DNA from: the human T2T-CHM13v2.0 reference genome, Homo sapiens
Assembly (NCBI RefSeq): GCF_009914755.1
Contig: NC_060933.1
Strand: one strand, 5' to 3'
Length of the DNA: 64,000 nt
Shown here: one piece after another, positions 1 to 22,324 of the stretch
Numbering within the stretch: position 1 is the stretch's first letter
Layout: each line of letters opens with the position of its first letter
Program-made: the position numbers and the translations under genes
The notes under the pieces: model-generated
Databases searched by the model: none
Told to the model about the DNA's origin: nothing
The model's input: only the letters and a program-made list of their open reading frames with translations

Positions 1-797
1 ACATTATAAGGAATGCGACAATTCTAGTCACTTGAAAGTGAACTATATCTGTCGAGAATTCCTAGTTTTAATTGGGAAGAAATGCGCTTCTCTTCTTGAA
101 AAGCCACAGGTTATTGCTGTTATGTCTAATATCAGTCCTCTCTGGATTTCTCAAAAGATTTTCTGTATATCCTACCATTTTCCTTCTGTTGCTGCAGTTT
201 GGAAGTAGTTTGTTATCAGGATTATCAAAGCATCATTGCTATTTATGACAATGACTTTAAGAAATGCAAGAATATTTGGAACACTGTAGAAAAAATATTT
301 TAGCCTGGAAGGCAAATACTAATTTCAGGAACTATTGATCTGTTATAAAACAGGACCACTCAGACATTTAGCTCTAAGACTTTCACATATCCGTTGTTAG
401 AGGCGTATAGTGGGGGGCATGACTCAGCTTCTGCTTAAGTACAAGGTGTTGTCTGCAGCGAAGGAAGAATTTGATTGTAGTATCAACAGAACCAGACAGA
501 ACTCTTTGAATATAATTATATATCTTGGAAACTGACTCATCAAAGCTATTAGATTACATGGCATCATTTAAGCATCACTGGGCTCTGTACTTTTCATTAT
601 CTGTACTTTTCATTATGGAGTATAATAGGCTTTATTTGGTACAGAAATTGGGTCTAAGATGAAACAACTTGTGATTTTTGAATAAACTTTTGGGGATTAG
701 TTACTTTGATGTTGTCAAGATAGCACCATAGTAAGTCCTCTGTCTTTCCTCTTGATTTATTTATAATTTAGAATCAGTTTATGATTTTAAAAAATGT

Positions 798-925
798 GAC
801 AGACACAGTGGCATGCACCAGTAGTACCAGCCACATGGGAAACTGAGGCAGAAGGATCACTTGATCCCAGAAGATAGAGACCACCCTGGGCAACATAATG
901 AGAGCCCCATCTCAAAAAAAAAAAA
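798..925 (+). mobile_element. Alu monomer (FLAM-like)
   Basis: Diverged single Alu arm ending CCCCATCTC followed by poly(A). Confidence 0.8.
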
Positions 926-1216
926 TCAATTCCCAATACCATTCCAGAACACTTTTAATATAACCAGATGAAATTGTGATCACTACTTTACTGTAATGTT
1001 TAAAATGGTCCTCAGTCCATATTTAAGTACAATCTTAGTGTTTCTGTGCAACCTAATATATTAGAAACAAAAATTGTATTGCATTTGAATAGGAAATACT
1101 CTGAATTGAGGGTTATTTCTTTTAACAGTTGCAATTAGATTGGTTAGTGACAATTATCTGTAATTTTCAGGCAATGCCTAGGCAAGTGCCCAAGGCACAG
1201 TAGCCTCCTCCTTGCC

Positions 1217-1219
<3 letters not shown>

Positions 1220-1253
<34 letters not shown>
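1220..1253. repeat. (TG)n microsatellite
   Basis: Uninterrupted TG run, seen directly. Confidence 0.98.
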
Positions 1254-1255
<2 letters not shown>

Positions 1256-2715
1256 GGTGGTAACATTTCTGGGAATTTGTCTTAACATAAAATGATACCA
1301 CCTTTCACAAAACGACCTAGAGGAAGTTGGAAATCCCACTATCCTGGCTTCCTGCTGAGCAATATCTGCTTCTCTTTCTGACTCAGGTTGATGCATCTGT
1401 ATACTTAGCTTCACTTCTCCAGTAAATAAGGGAGAGCTTTATTATAAAAGACAACTTCTATTGATTTTCAAGGGGGTGGGTGGTTGTCAAGCTCACTCCT
1501 TTCTATGCACTGAGGGAAAATTATTGTAAGCGATCTGTAAAACAATAGATGAAAAAAGAGGAGATAAAAATTAAATAAAATTTAAATAAAAACTAGGATC
1601 CTAAGTGGAAAAATAGCTTTAAATTAGAAATTGATACCAAAAAATAATGATATGTAATCTAAGGTGAAAATATTTTGAAGACTATCACGATATCTCCCTT
1701 AAATGTTATTTAGTTCTGAAAAATATGTATTGAAGAACTGTTATATTTTACTTTATGTCATATTAAGTGTGGTAAAATTAAAGAGAAACAAGTAGATAAA
1801 AGTAAAGATTGTATTATTATTTTATCACTCAGGTTATTTCAAGACTGGAGACATTCTTTAAATAAACCTAAATTATGACTCCTTGCACTTAAGTTTTGCT
1901 AACATAAAAAGTATGTATGATTTCAGAGATTTCTGCATATTTTGGAATGAGCTCTTCAGTTGCTTGTAATTTCCAAGAAGATTACCCATTTTACCCCTTA
2001 ACTAAAACCCCTGTTCCTTTACTGCCTTGCTGCTTCACTTCATGGGGATATGTCACTGACCAGAGAAACGATCACATTGAATTTCTGAGCCACGCTGTTT
2101 TGTATGGTTAAAATAAGATGCTCAAAGTATGATTTCACAAATCACATGGTTATTGCCATGCAAGGAGAATTTGTTTTCTTAAGTTCACAATGCTCAAAAA
2201 GGAGAAGAATAATGTGAACAAATCTACAGGGAATACACTCAAAAGATGAGGCACATTAACCACAGAGGGAGTGAGTTCCAAATATTAAAGTCTAGTTCCT
2301 GAAGTAGAAATGGAAGCAGGCCTCTGTGGAAAGGCAAATCGAATGAAAGTTTGAGGTGCACCTTTTTTTCAAGCGAATTCTCTGGAGAGATGGTGTCTTG
2401 ACACCATGGAGATCCTCAAAGACATCTGGGGTCCCTTGACACCAGTGGGTGGTGCCAGTGATGCAGGCGAGGCTTCAAAGCTCAGCTGCTGACAGGGTGG
2501 GGCTCTGTTGCTGCATGAGTTCAGTCTTCCAAGAATTGACTGGCAGGGCAATCCTGTCACAGAATATGCTCTCCATTTTTGGAGAAGTGGCTGAGACTTA
2601 CTGAAGTTCTCAAAGTGTTCATCGAGCTCTTATGTTTATATGTATTTTGAAATCCAGTGGTTGAGGTCAGTAACTCACATATGATGGGTCTGATGAGCTT
2701 TGACATTGCATTCTT

Positions 2716-3019
2716 TTCCCCCCCACGAGACGGTGTCTTGCTCTGTCACCCAGGCTGGAGTGCAGTGGCCTGATCTCAGCTCACTGCAACCTCTGCCTCC
2801 TGGGTTCAAGTGATTCTGCTGCCTCAGCCTCCTGAGTAGCTGGGATTACAGGCGCACGCCACCACACCCGGCTAATTTTGTATTTTCAGTAGAGACGGGG
2901 TCTACCATGTTGGCCAGGATGGTCTCGAACTGGCTACTCTCAAACTCCTGACCTCATGATCCTCCGTCCTCGGGCACCCAAAGTGCTGGGATTACAGGCA
3001 GAAGCCACCGCTCCCGGCA
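2716..3019 (-). mobile_element. AluS element
   Basis: Antisense Alu dimer; flanking repeat GACA(TT/CC)GCATTCTT. Confidence 0.95.
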
Positions 3020-4294
3020 GACACCGCATTCTTGAGGGCTGGAGGGAGTACAGTCTAAGTTCTTGTTACAGCAAAACATAGCAAACTATGCAAGTCTTTG
3101 GAATAATTCCAAAACTACATAATAGACATGAGCTCCAAGCTTACTGATTTATGTGTGTGCCTTCTCTGAGGAATATCTTTTGGTTATCCTTGTGCAACAT
3201 GGCAAATATTTTTTAAAGTGAATGAGAGTTAATGAGAAAATTAAATTATAAAAATATTATGGCAATGAGGTGGATCATCGCAGTGTTCAAGCTACAGATA
3301 AAAATATGACATGCCCTCCAACTTTCATTCTCTTTTATTTTTCAGTAATATTCAAAATATTTATTGCAAAAGTTAGCATTTCAATGATGAAATTAAGATG
3401 CCTTTCAGTTCAAGTTTGGCAATTTTACATATTTCATGTGAAACTCTGATTTGAAATGTTGCTGAGGGTCTTTAGTATTGCATATGAATAATAAAAATCA
3501 AATTTGCCACATATTGGAATAAGATATACAGTATTTTATATGGCAAATGTTTCTCTTCCTTTTAAGAGAAGAAGAGAAATATTAAGGTGGTTATTACTCA
3601 AGTGAATCCTACTTAAAAGTAACTTTCTAATAGTTGAGAAGTCACTTATGCATACCTACGTGAGGAAGAAAGTTGAATTGACTGTCATTCATTCAGCCCA
3701 GTGGGACATCAAACTCTCCAAACCTTTCACAGTAGGAAAACAAAGCCAGGCCTCCTTAACTATGCTACATGGCAAGTCAAAACATGAACATAATATCTGA
3801 AAAAGCCTGAAAAACAACTCTGGCTAACTAGATCTCATTGCAGGCAGTGAGAGAGTGGTGGCAAATGTGAACATGTCTGTGTGGGGTGGTGGCAGGGGAA
3901 TTGGAATATACGAATCCAAGGAAAACTGACTCTTGGCAAATTACTTGTTTTGGTGCTCCTCTTCATTTTTTTTATTATGGTAGAAGACTTTGTATACAAA
4001 TTTCTCACTGTACAAAAAACAAGTTCTTCAGTTATTGCATTTCTGCAATATATTAAAATACACGAGAAAATCACATTAAAAAGAGGCATGATTATAGAAA
4101 CAAAATGTTATTGCAATACGATATCAACTTATAATTCATAATTATATTTGTAAATATCAAATTATAAGTAATTTATGAGAAATTAGAGCCAAAGCTTTTC
4201 ATACTTACTTTAGTGTTTTTCTAAAGGGAAAACGTGGTGAAAGAATTGTAGAGAAGACACAGCTTATCATTAATCCATTTGTCTTGATACTTAA

Positions 4295-4583
4295 CACAGT
4301 ATTGGTGGCGCATTGGTTCCAGGACTCCCTGGGGAACCAAAACCCATGGATGCTTGAGTTCCTTATGTAAATGATGAAGTATTTGCATGTAACCCACACA
4401 TACACTCTCTCTTTAAATAATCTCTGGATTACTTATAATTCCCAATGCAATGTAAACACTATATAAATCGTTGTTTTACATACTGTTTTAAAATTTGTGT
4501 TATTTTTAATTTTTGAAGATATTTTATCCATGACTGGATGAATCCATGGATGTAGAACCTAGGGATAGGAAGGGCTGACTGTA
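4295..4583 (+). mobile_element. MER2 (Tigger-type DNA transposon MITE)
   Basis: TTGGTTCCAGGACTCCC...ATGGATGCTTGAGTTCCTTAT...GAATCCATGGATGTAGAACC...GGGCTGACTGTA resembles the MER2 consensus. Confidence 0.8.
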
Positions 4584-6184
4584 ACTGAGCTCAGAGATTC
4601 TGGAAAAGCACTTAAGTAATCAATATTCCAGGAAGGGGGACTTAAAAAGATCCTTGACTCTACATGAGAAGTTTTAAATACAGTTTTTTTTTTTTCCTTT
4701 TTAGGGAGTTTGCAGGTCAGGTACAGGCTAGACTGACATCAAGATTCAGATTCCTTTTACTTTGATTTAAAAAACTTAGCTGATAGCAGTTTCACCATTT
4801 TAAAATGAACATGAAAGAAGAAATTGTAGAGATAATGCAATAATTAAAATTATGACTTGCTAACATCAATGAGTTTACACAAACATTTGATAATAAATGA
4901 CTGGGAAACAATGCCCAACCAATGATATACATATATATATATATATATGTATGTATAAGTAAGAAGTGAAGTCAAATATAATTACAGCATTTTGTTTGGT
5001 TTTGCTTTTGTTCTTTGCTTTGCTTTTGTTTAACAATGAGAATCTATCCAAGCTATTATTAACATTTGATTACTTAGATGTCAAGTTTTGCTTTTAGTTC
5101 ATAAGGAAACAGTCGATTTTATCGCTGGATACTACTGGTAGAAACTTTGAATTGATATTTCGGTGAAAACCAATTTTCATTGAATTGTCAAACCACAAAT
5201 GCTATATATAATAGCAATTTAGAACAAGAAAAACAACCTGATTTTGATTAAAATGAGGATAAATAATGAAAAGTCACCACAAAATAAATTTTACTCTGTT
5301 GCTGGCTTTTGAAGAAAATCATTTAGATATTAAATCTATAGATAGAACATTTCTCTGCCTCATGTAATATTTTATTCTTAGTTAAAAGGTTTGAGGTATA
5401 AAGTAATGCATTGTATTTCTTTGTAGATCCTCCCAGTTATAGATATCCTATGAAGCAAAGTAAATCGGGAAAGGAGATAGCAGATGGAGTGGCAGCTTAT
5501 GACATTCTATAAGTTGGTTAAAAATATTTTCCTCTTAGTATATAAATCTTGGAATTGATCTCTTAACCTTTTTGGTAGCACTAACAGGTGGTTTATTTTA
5601 TGATTTTTTTCCTTGGTTTCCCTTTGCTTCCTGTCTTTTTATCACAAAGTTACTCTTCATTTGAATGCTTCTATTGGAAGAAATTGTTAGGTTAACAGAA
5701 TGCAAGGAGACAAGTCATCCTGTCAGGTACAGAATTCAGTGCTGTCAAATTTCTTGTATTGGGGAAAATTTTAGGTAGGTGGAAGAAAAACCTTTCCCTT
5801 CACATAACAGATCAAAAGTGTCATGTCACCAGCATGAGAACCATTTGTCATGCTGAAAGAAACTTCTTTTCTTAAGTTTATGAATAATTACATCATGAGT
5901 GACAATCAAGATAAAAACTGTACTTTTATCTAAGTGCACATGTAATCGTGAGTAAAGTGCTTCCTGAAAGATGAGCAAGTATATTGCTTGAAAAATAATC
6001 TTACACTTATCTGTCTCACTTAGCAATCAAGCACACTGAAACGTGTTATTCTTCTAATAATTCAGGCAGGAAAAAATGTGATCAAAGTACGTGTAAAATT
6101 CATAGCTTCTGTCTATGTCTTCATCAGTGGTCAACCCAGAAACTTTCATTTAATGAGACAACTAAGATTAAGTTTGGAATAAAA

Positions 6185-6280
6185 GAACTGTATGAATTAA
6201 TTTTAGAATGCTATATTATTTGTCTTCTGACTTATGAACTGTATGAATTAATTTTAGAATGCTATATTATTTGTCTTCTG
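6185..6280. repeat. Tandem duplication, 51-bp period, 45 bp identical
   Basis: GAACTGTATGAATTAATTTTAGAATGCTATATTATTTGTCTTCTG occurs at 6185 and at 6236. Confidence 0.95.
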
Positions 6281-6418
6281 CCTTCATTTAATTCTTATGG
6301 AATTTGAATTTTTCATAAAAAGTGGTTCTGAGCAAGTGCTGCAGTGGATACAAGATAACTGGATCCTAGCACTGGCTCTTCCATTTACAAGTTGCATGAT
6401 AGACTGTGACAAGGCATC

Positions 6419-9066
<2,648 letters not shown>

Positions 9067-9294
9067 GCAACTATTCTTCTATGTCTGTTTATTCATCTGT
9101 AAAATTGAGGAGATTGGAATAAATGATCCCTCTATATCCCTTCTACCTTTGATGCTTTATGAATCCAGGTTAAAGTGTGTGGTACAATTTAAGAAGGCTC
9201 CTTTTAATATTTGTATATCCATTAAGGACTCTTAGCTCAGAACTTCAGTATTATTCAATGACTCTCTCTTTCTGTCTTCCTCCTTCTCTCTCTT

Positions 9295-9930
9295 TACCCG
9301 CATTCAGATCAACATATAGAACATTTCCATTACCTAGGAAGTTTCCTGTGTCCTTTCCAAAACAATCTCTTATCACCATTGATTAGTTTTGCCTCTTCTT
9401 GAACATATAAATGGAATCATACAGTATGTCACCTTGTGTCTTGCTCATTTCCCTTAGCAAAATGTTTTGATATTCCTCCAATTTTTGGTTGATATTTTTA
9501 GTTCATTCCTTTCCACTGTTATGTACTCTTCCATTATATGAATGGAATTCATACAATGGATTTGTTTATCCATTCTTTTATTGATGAATTTTTGGGTAAT
9601 TTCCAATTGTTGGCTATGAATCTCCTGTATTAGCTTTGCAGCTGTAATGAAACTTTTAGTCATTTCCCTCAAGATCACAATATGTTCTCTTATTATTACT
9701 TTGGCCACTTCCCAAAGAATGCAAGATCCTTACAAGTTTACTTCCATGTATTTGTGTATCTCTCACCCTTGTGCCATTGTTGTAATACACTTTTTTATTG
9801 CATTTTATATTTCTACAAGATATTATTATTATTGTAGTTTTAAAAAGCTTTCACTACTATTTACTCATGTTTGCCCTTTCTCTGCACTTCATTTATTCTT
9901 GCATTCCCCCCTGCTGCTTTTGTTTTCTGG
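9295..9930 (-). mobile_element. Old L1M (L1ME/MD-like) fragments
   Basis: Antisense L1 3' motifs such as ATATAAATGGAATCATACAGTATG and TTTGTTTATCCATTC. Confidence 0.65.
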
Positions 9931-11793
9931 TTTTTGATTGCCAATAAGAGCTACAGAAAATCATGAAATATTTCTTTTAATTGTTTCTACATTTAAAGTT
10001 TAATTGTTTTTGTGCTTATTGTTAGTAACTTTTTGAAACACCTTTCATTCCTTTAAGTAGAGAGGCTCTTCAGCCAAATTTTTATTCCTTAATATTTCTT
10101 TTTTCTTCCAGACATTTTGTTGTTGATGAGAGCAGAAAAGATTTCCCTTTTTGGAAAACATTATCGGGCAAAATATTTTATGGGCCAATGCCTCCATAAC
10201 CTGAAACAATTGAAAGAATTCTGGATTGAAATGATAGAAATTTTATTGGCTTCTGGATTTCTTGCTGTAGATTTTTTAAGAGAAAAAATGTATTAAATCT
10301 GTTTTTAAAGTTACTAAACAACTCTACTAAAAATTGTCATGCAAGTGAAAATTGTCCTCAGCTTCTTAGGCTACCATGTGACATTTACTTCACTACTAAG
10401 CTTCACCCAAATCACGCTTTTCCCATCCCTTTCTTGCCTGAGATGCTTAATGTTTTTTCTCCTTTTTTTCTGTCAAAACCAAAGTGTATTTGTTTTTCCA
10501 TGCTAAGAGTTGATAAAATATTGTCCCACTGAGGCATAAATTAGTAAGAAAATGCCAACTATTAGTTCTCCCAGTTGGTTTTATTTTTTTCATTACATTT
10601 TAGTAGGAAAAATAGGTTTTAAGTTAAAAGAAAGGAACCCAAAGATGGAGTTTCAAGACATCCAATAGGAAAGACAGATAGAAATACATTTCTCTATATA
10701 GATATGTGTACATATGTTTATACATATAAATATAGATATAGATATGTGTGTATGTACATATTTCTGTATCAGTCATGGTCCAGGTGTAATTTAAAACTAT
10801 TTATGGAAATACTACATAAAGCACATTTATTTATTAAAAAGAAGGATTTCCATAGTGGAGTATAAAGTTCTTTAAACAGTTAATAGGAAGACTAGTCAGG
10901 ACAGAATTAGAAAAATTTATGTGAATCACCTCCAAGATATGAGAGAATTACGTGCCAGGTGTACCATAAAACAAATTATATTAGTGTTGAATATTGCATA
11001 TAAGAGTATAACATAATTATGAATATAAAATATATATTATAAATAGAATGTCATTTACCAAGGTTTACCACATTAAATAATACTGTTTTTTAACCTTAAA
11101 ACATACATTGTAATAAAAGTTATGATGTTCAGAATTCTAAGTATAGCATGACAAAACCCTTCTCCTATTATTTTCTTTAAAATATATAAAAAACTTTTGC
11201 TGCTTTTTGGTGGATAATAACACACACACATGTACACACACACACGTGCATCCCCATTACCTTTTAATGGAACAAGGCAAGTCCTTTAATGGGGAAACAT
11301 GCATTCCTATTACCTTTTAACGGGACAGTCACCATTAAAAATGTCTGCAGTTACGTATTTCTAAAATCAGCTCTGTGGGTAAGAAATTTAATGTAGCTGC
11401 CGATTCTGTGCGGTTCTGGGGAAATAATAGTTTACAATCTTCTAATTTGCCTCTAATTTCACTTCCAACTCCAACCTGTGCTCCTGAAGCAAGACGTTTT
11501 TGGACCGTCAGCAGGCAGATGAAGGCCTGAGAGTGGTAGGAGAGCTATTGTGGGCTTTCCTACCTCAGGGCTAGAGGAGGGCTTGGAGACCGGCAAAGGA
11601 AAAGATGGACCATTTCAAGTCTCAGAGCAAAAATACTAAGAGACAAAGTTGGGATGGAAAATGAAAGTGACGTGGCAATCGATAGAGGAAATTTACACAA
11701 ATCTGAAAATTCTGAAAAAGAAAAAGAAGCAGAGACAATGACTATGCATCCAAAGAGAAGAAAACTCTGAGCAAATTAAAAATGTGAGCTGCA

Positions 11794-16910
<5,117 letters not shown>

Positions 16911-17090
16911 TTCTCTGGAATAATTTTAGATTTACATAGAGTTGCAAAGATGGTAAAGACAGTTCCAATACACTCTTCACTTAGTTTCTTCTGATGTTAA
17001 CCTCTTACGTTACCATGGCACATTTATTAAAAACGAGAAATTAACATTGTACAATACTATTACCTAAATGACAGGCTATATTTAACCAGT

Positions 17091-17382
17091 TTTTCATTTT
17101 TGAGAGGAAGTCTCACTCTAATGCCTAGGCTGGAGTGCAGTGGTGCGATCTTGGCTCACTGTAACCTCAACCTCCTGGTTTCAAGTGATTTTCATTCCTC
17201 AGCCACCCGAGCAGCTGGGATTACAGGTGCCCAACACCACATCCGGCTAATTTTTGTATTTTTAGTAGAGATGGGATTTCACCACGCTGGCCAGGCTGGT
17301 CTCAGACTCCTGACCTCAGGTGATCCACCTGCCTTGCCTCCCAAAGTGCTGGGATTACAGGAGTGAGCCACCGTGCCCGGCC
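17091..17382 (-). mobile_element. AluSx-like element
   Basis: Antisense Alu dimer with CTCAGGTGATCC; flanking repeat ATTT(A/C)ACCAGTTT. Confidence 0.95.
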
Positions 17383-17846
17383 CACATTTCACCAGTTTGT
17401 TTTTGTTTTTGTTTTTGTTTTTGTTTTTAACTAATTTCTTCTCTTTGTTCCCAGGTACCATCCAGGATCTCATATTGTGTTTAGTCTTCATGTCTCCTTA
17501 GTCTACTTCAATTAGGGACAATCTCTCTGTCTTTCCTGGCTTTGACACCTTGAAGACCACTGACCAGATATTTTTTTAGAATGTGCATCAAATGATTTGA
17601 GTTCATCTGATGTTTTCTCTTGATTAAAGTGGGGTTGTAAATTTTGAGGAAGAATTTCACATAGCTGAAGTGACCTTCCCATTGTGTCACGGTGGTGTGA
17701 GGTAGCCATATGACTTTTCATTGTTGATGTTAACCTTGATTACTTGGCTGTGTTGGTGACTTGATGGTTTCTTCCACTACAAAACTACAGTTTTTACTTT
17801 TCCATATTCCATTTCTTAAAAGTCAGTCATTAAGACCAACCTGCAA

Positions 17847-18155
17847 GACTGGGCACAGTGGCTCATGTCTGTAATTCCAGGACTTTGAGAGACCAAGGTG
17901 GGCAGATTGCTTGAGCCCAGAAGTTCAAAACCAGCCTGGGCAACATGGTGAAACCCCATCTTTACAAAAGTTACAAAAATTAGCCAGGTGTGGTGGAGTG
18001 CACCTGTAGTCTCAGCAATGTGGGAGGCTGAGGTGGGAGGATCACTTGAGTCTGGGATGTTGGGGTTGCAGTGAGCTGTGATTGTGCCAATGCACTTCGG
18101 CCTGGATGACAGAGGAAGACCTTATCTCAAAAACGAAAACCCAAACCACAAAAAC
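17847..18155 (+). mobile_element. AluJ-like element
   Basis: Diverged dimer with GCTTGAGCCCAG and GGAGGATCACTTGAG; TSD AAGAC(C/T)AAC(C/T)TGCAA. Confidence 0.92.
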
Positions 18156-19001
18156 AAGACTAACTTGCAAGCCACATGAGGGGAATTCAACTTCACCTTA
18201 ATTCAAAGACACCAGAGTAATTAACAAATATTTAAAGAATTTTTCAATGGTTATAGAATTCTGGATTGATAGGTTTTTAAAAATTCTTTTATGACTTCAA
18301 AAGTGTCACTTCGTTTCTTGCTTGCATGGTTTCTGATATGAAGTCAGCTCCCATTCTTAACCTTGTTTCTTGTTTGATAATGCCTTTTTTCCTCTAGCTT
18401 CCTCAAGATGTTTCTCTTTTGAGAAAAATGAGAGATTTTCAGTTTTTGTGTTGATTTCTCTTTGTCTCTGGTTTTCAGCAATTTGAACACATTCCATATC
18501 ATTTTAAGAGTTCTTCATCGGGGGTCACTGGACACATTTGTCACAATTAACAAAGGGGAACACATTCTCCAAATGTGTTCTGTTTCCCCAGGAAGCCAGC
18601 TGGAAATACAACAAAATGCCTCTCCCTCTCCTTTAGCAAAACACGTGTCAGAGCAATGCAAGATTTGATTGGGACTGCTTTGCTTCGTTAACTATTACAG
18701 TGAGCTGTTTTTCTTTCTAGTAACAACCCAGTAATAGTTATTAAATTATTTGGAGCTAAATAAGTGTAATGGTAATTTTCATTTAAATTTTGCTATATGG
18801 TAGCTTACAGCATCTTACCTGTACACAGTTCCAAACGCAGAAAACCTAAATGAAATTAACATATATGTATCGTTACAGGTTCTCAAAACCATCATAAATG
18901 GCTCTATTTTACATCTCTGAGTTCTTCTATGATGTTTCCTTTAACTATGTCACAAGACCTAAGACTATGGTTTGAAATATATACCTACTATAAAAAAGTA
19001 A

Positions 19002-19340
<339 letters not shown>

Positions 19341-19473
19341 GAAACCCTATTTTTAAATGCATATTTGCATTCCTAATAACCCGTGAATACATACATCTAT
19401 TGATCTATGTATTCATGCATCTCTATATGTAAATGTCTGTCCAAAATGCCACTATATATATATTTATATGTTA

Positions 19474-19855
19474 AACTTTTATTTTAAGTTTGGGTTACAT
19501 GGGCAGGTTTGTTATATAGGTAAACGCGTGTCATAGGGGTTTGTTGTACAGATTATGTCATCACTCAGGTATTAAGCCTAGTAACCAATAGTTATTTTTT
19601 GTACCCCTTTCCCTCCTCCCACCCTCCAATCTCAGGTAGGCCCCAGTGTGTGTCTTTCCCCTCTATGTATCCATGTGTTCTCATCATTTAACTCCCACTT
19701 GTAGGTGAGAAGATGCAGTATTTTGTTTTCAGTTCCTCTGTTAGTTTGCTAAGGATAATGGCCTCCAGCTTCATCATGTTCCTGAAAAGGACATGATCTC
19801 ATTCTTTTTTATAGTTGCATAGTATTCTACTATTCCACGGTGTATATATACCACA
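19474..19855 (-). mobile_element. L1PA (older, PA13-16-like) 3' end
   Basis: GGTTTGTTATATAGGTAAAC...GGTTTGTTGTACAGATTAT...GGACATGATCTCATTC; flanking repeat ATATGTTAAA. Confidence 0.88.
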
Positions 19856-20809
19856 ATATGTTAAATTTTAGTTTATTACAACTTATATGCAACATACAAT
19901 GGCAAGATGAATCAGATCAGAAGATAAACAATTGAGTGTGAAAAGACAGCAGATTTTTCCTGTTTTATTCTCTGCAGATGTAATTTTCAACGAGAATACA
20001 TTTTATTGCATTAGTAGTGCTTTTAGAAGAGACATCTATATGATGCCCAGGCTGGTCTTGAACTCCTGGTCTTAAGCGATGCTCCCTCCTAAGCTTCCCA
20101 AAGTGGTAAATTGTACTTCCTGAGGGCATAGAAAAGAGACATAGAAGCAAGTGAAATTGGTATTACCCTTTTTTCTGTTATTCTTTATTAGTAAAACAAA
20201 TTAGGTTTTTCTTTCCTTGGTTTTCATGTGTCCAAGCTCCTTTCTCTTTCATTTCACATGTGCACAAATATAATAGCATACTTTTGAACATCAAAAGTTG
20301 AATGATGAAAGATCATTCGTTAGCCCAAATCAACCTGCACATGACTTTTTTTTTATTCCTCTGAGAGTTAGCCTGTGGAAAGGTGGCAGGGTTTCACTGC
20401 ATTATGCCCTGCAGATGGAAAGGTCAATGACAACATGTGTAATTGCTTCAGTCCTGATTTTCTACCTACACTTACTGCTGTGGGGTTGTTTCACCTGACC
20501 AAGGCAGTTTCTGTGGCAGCAGGTCCTAGCTCTCTCGACCAGGTCCACTGACAAAGCCACTTTGCTGAGTGGCCAATTTACTGATGACTATTTTGTTAAA
20601 TTTGTTTCTGCTAACTATTTAAGGTTTACTAATTTTCTTGTGTCATAGTCTCAGCAAATGTGAAGGGATGGCTGGTCTATCTCTGACCTGGCTTTCTGCT
20701 TTGACAGATGGAAGCTAAAAGAAAAAAGGAAAAACTGATGGTGCAAAAGATAAACATATTTATATGAGTTTATTCTTGAATAAAATGATTTATTTTTAAA
20801 ATATATTCT

Positions 20810-21186
20810 TGATATGATTTGGCTGTGTCCCCACCCAAATCTCATCTTAACTTGTAGTTCCCATAATCCCCATGTGTTGTGGGAAGGACCCAGTGGGAGG
20901 TAATTGAATCATGGGGGCGGTTACTTCCATGCTGCTGTTCTCATAATAGTGAGTGAGTTCTCATGAGAACTGATGGTTTTATAAGGGGCTTTTCCCCCGT
21001 TTGCTCAGCACTTCTCCTTTCTGCCATCATGTGAAGGAGGACATGTTTGCTTCCCCTTCTGCCATGATTTTAAGTTTCCTGAGGCCTCCCCAGCCATGCT
21101 GAACTGTGAGTCAATTAAACCTCCCTTTTACAAATTACCCAGTCTCGGGTATGCCTTTATTAGCAGCGTGAGAACGGACTAATACA
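20810..21186 (+). mobile_element. THE1 (THE1D-like) MaLR solo LTR
   Basis: TGATATGATTTGGCTGTGTCCCCACCCAAATCTC...GAACGGACTAATACA; perfect 5-bp TSD ATTCT. Confidence 0.95.
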
Positions 21187-22324
21187 ATTCTTCCGATGAA
21201 TATATTCTTCTCATTGATAAATGCTTGATGTAAATGCTTAATTTTTCCTCTAGCTGCCTTCGAGATTTTTCTCATTGTCTGTGGTTTTCAGCAGTTCGGA
21301 TACCTTACATATCGTTTTTATGAATCTTCCACAGAGATCAGTGGACACATGTGGCACAAAGAACATGTGAATTAAGAACGCACTCCTGAATAACATATTT
21401 TACATATATGTTATTGAGTATATTCTTAAATATAAATAATTTCTTGTGAATATATTTGGATTAATAAAAATATATTAATAAATATTAACTCATGCATATT
21501 CTTCTTACTCAAAAATATGTTCTTATAAATATATTAATTACTCCCTCTCTCTTCCCCCTAGTCTCCAAAGGTAACATCAGGGGCCAGAACAGAGACACAG
21601 AAATGTTCCTTAAAATGTCAAAATGAAATATTATCTATTAAAACAGAAGAATTAAAATAAACAAGAGAAGTTAGGTATTGGTCATCTGATGGTTGTAACC
21701 TCCAGCTTTCCCAGGAAACTTGGTTGGACCCTTTTCTTGTGTTCAGCTGTCAGAAGCTAAATGTTCCCTTCCTCTCTCTCTTTGCAGTCTGTTCGTGACA
21801 TTTGGTATTCCTAATATGCCCACTTGGAGGAAATTGCCAGCTTAGGCCAACCAGGGTGAAATGCATGCGCTTATAAACTCATAAGCCCAATAATAATTTT
21901 CAGAAGGAGGCACTCATTCACTTCGGCTTATAAACTTACAAATCTGTAGATTCATTAGTCTATCACTTACATGGAAAGACAAAATTTATATTTAATTGTT
22001 GAGACTTGACTTGAAAATTTTCAAGAATATCAACATTTGTTTTTGTTGTGCACCTCTCTGTCAAAAGATAAATACGTAGTACAGAATCATTATTTATTTA
22101 TTAATAATATACTCTGCATGGTCTTACATTTCATAGTTCATGCATTGTTTATTCATTAATATAACCTGTTAACGTTAATATGCACCACATTACCAAGAGC
22201 CCTTGTCAACTCCTCAGAAGCCACTAACTCCCAAGGTAACTATGACAACAAATCTCTTAATGCTTAAAGTGTAACAAAAAGATTGTGTGATTTGGATGTT
22301 AATTCAAATATTTCCCATACAACC

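Larger units (their letters stand above)
16915..18240 (-). mobile_element. L1MC-type 3' end interrupted by two Alus
   Basis: GAATAATTTTAGATTTACATAGAGTTGCAAAGATGGTA...GATGTTAACCTTGATTACTTGGCTG motifs. Confidence 0.7.

Noticed and set aside
3835-4141. Hydrophobic 84-86 aa ORFs resembling membrane peptides
   Set aside because: AT-rich chance ORFs with no recognisable homology or splice context.
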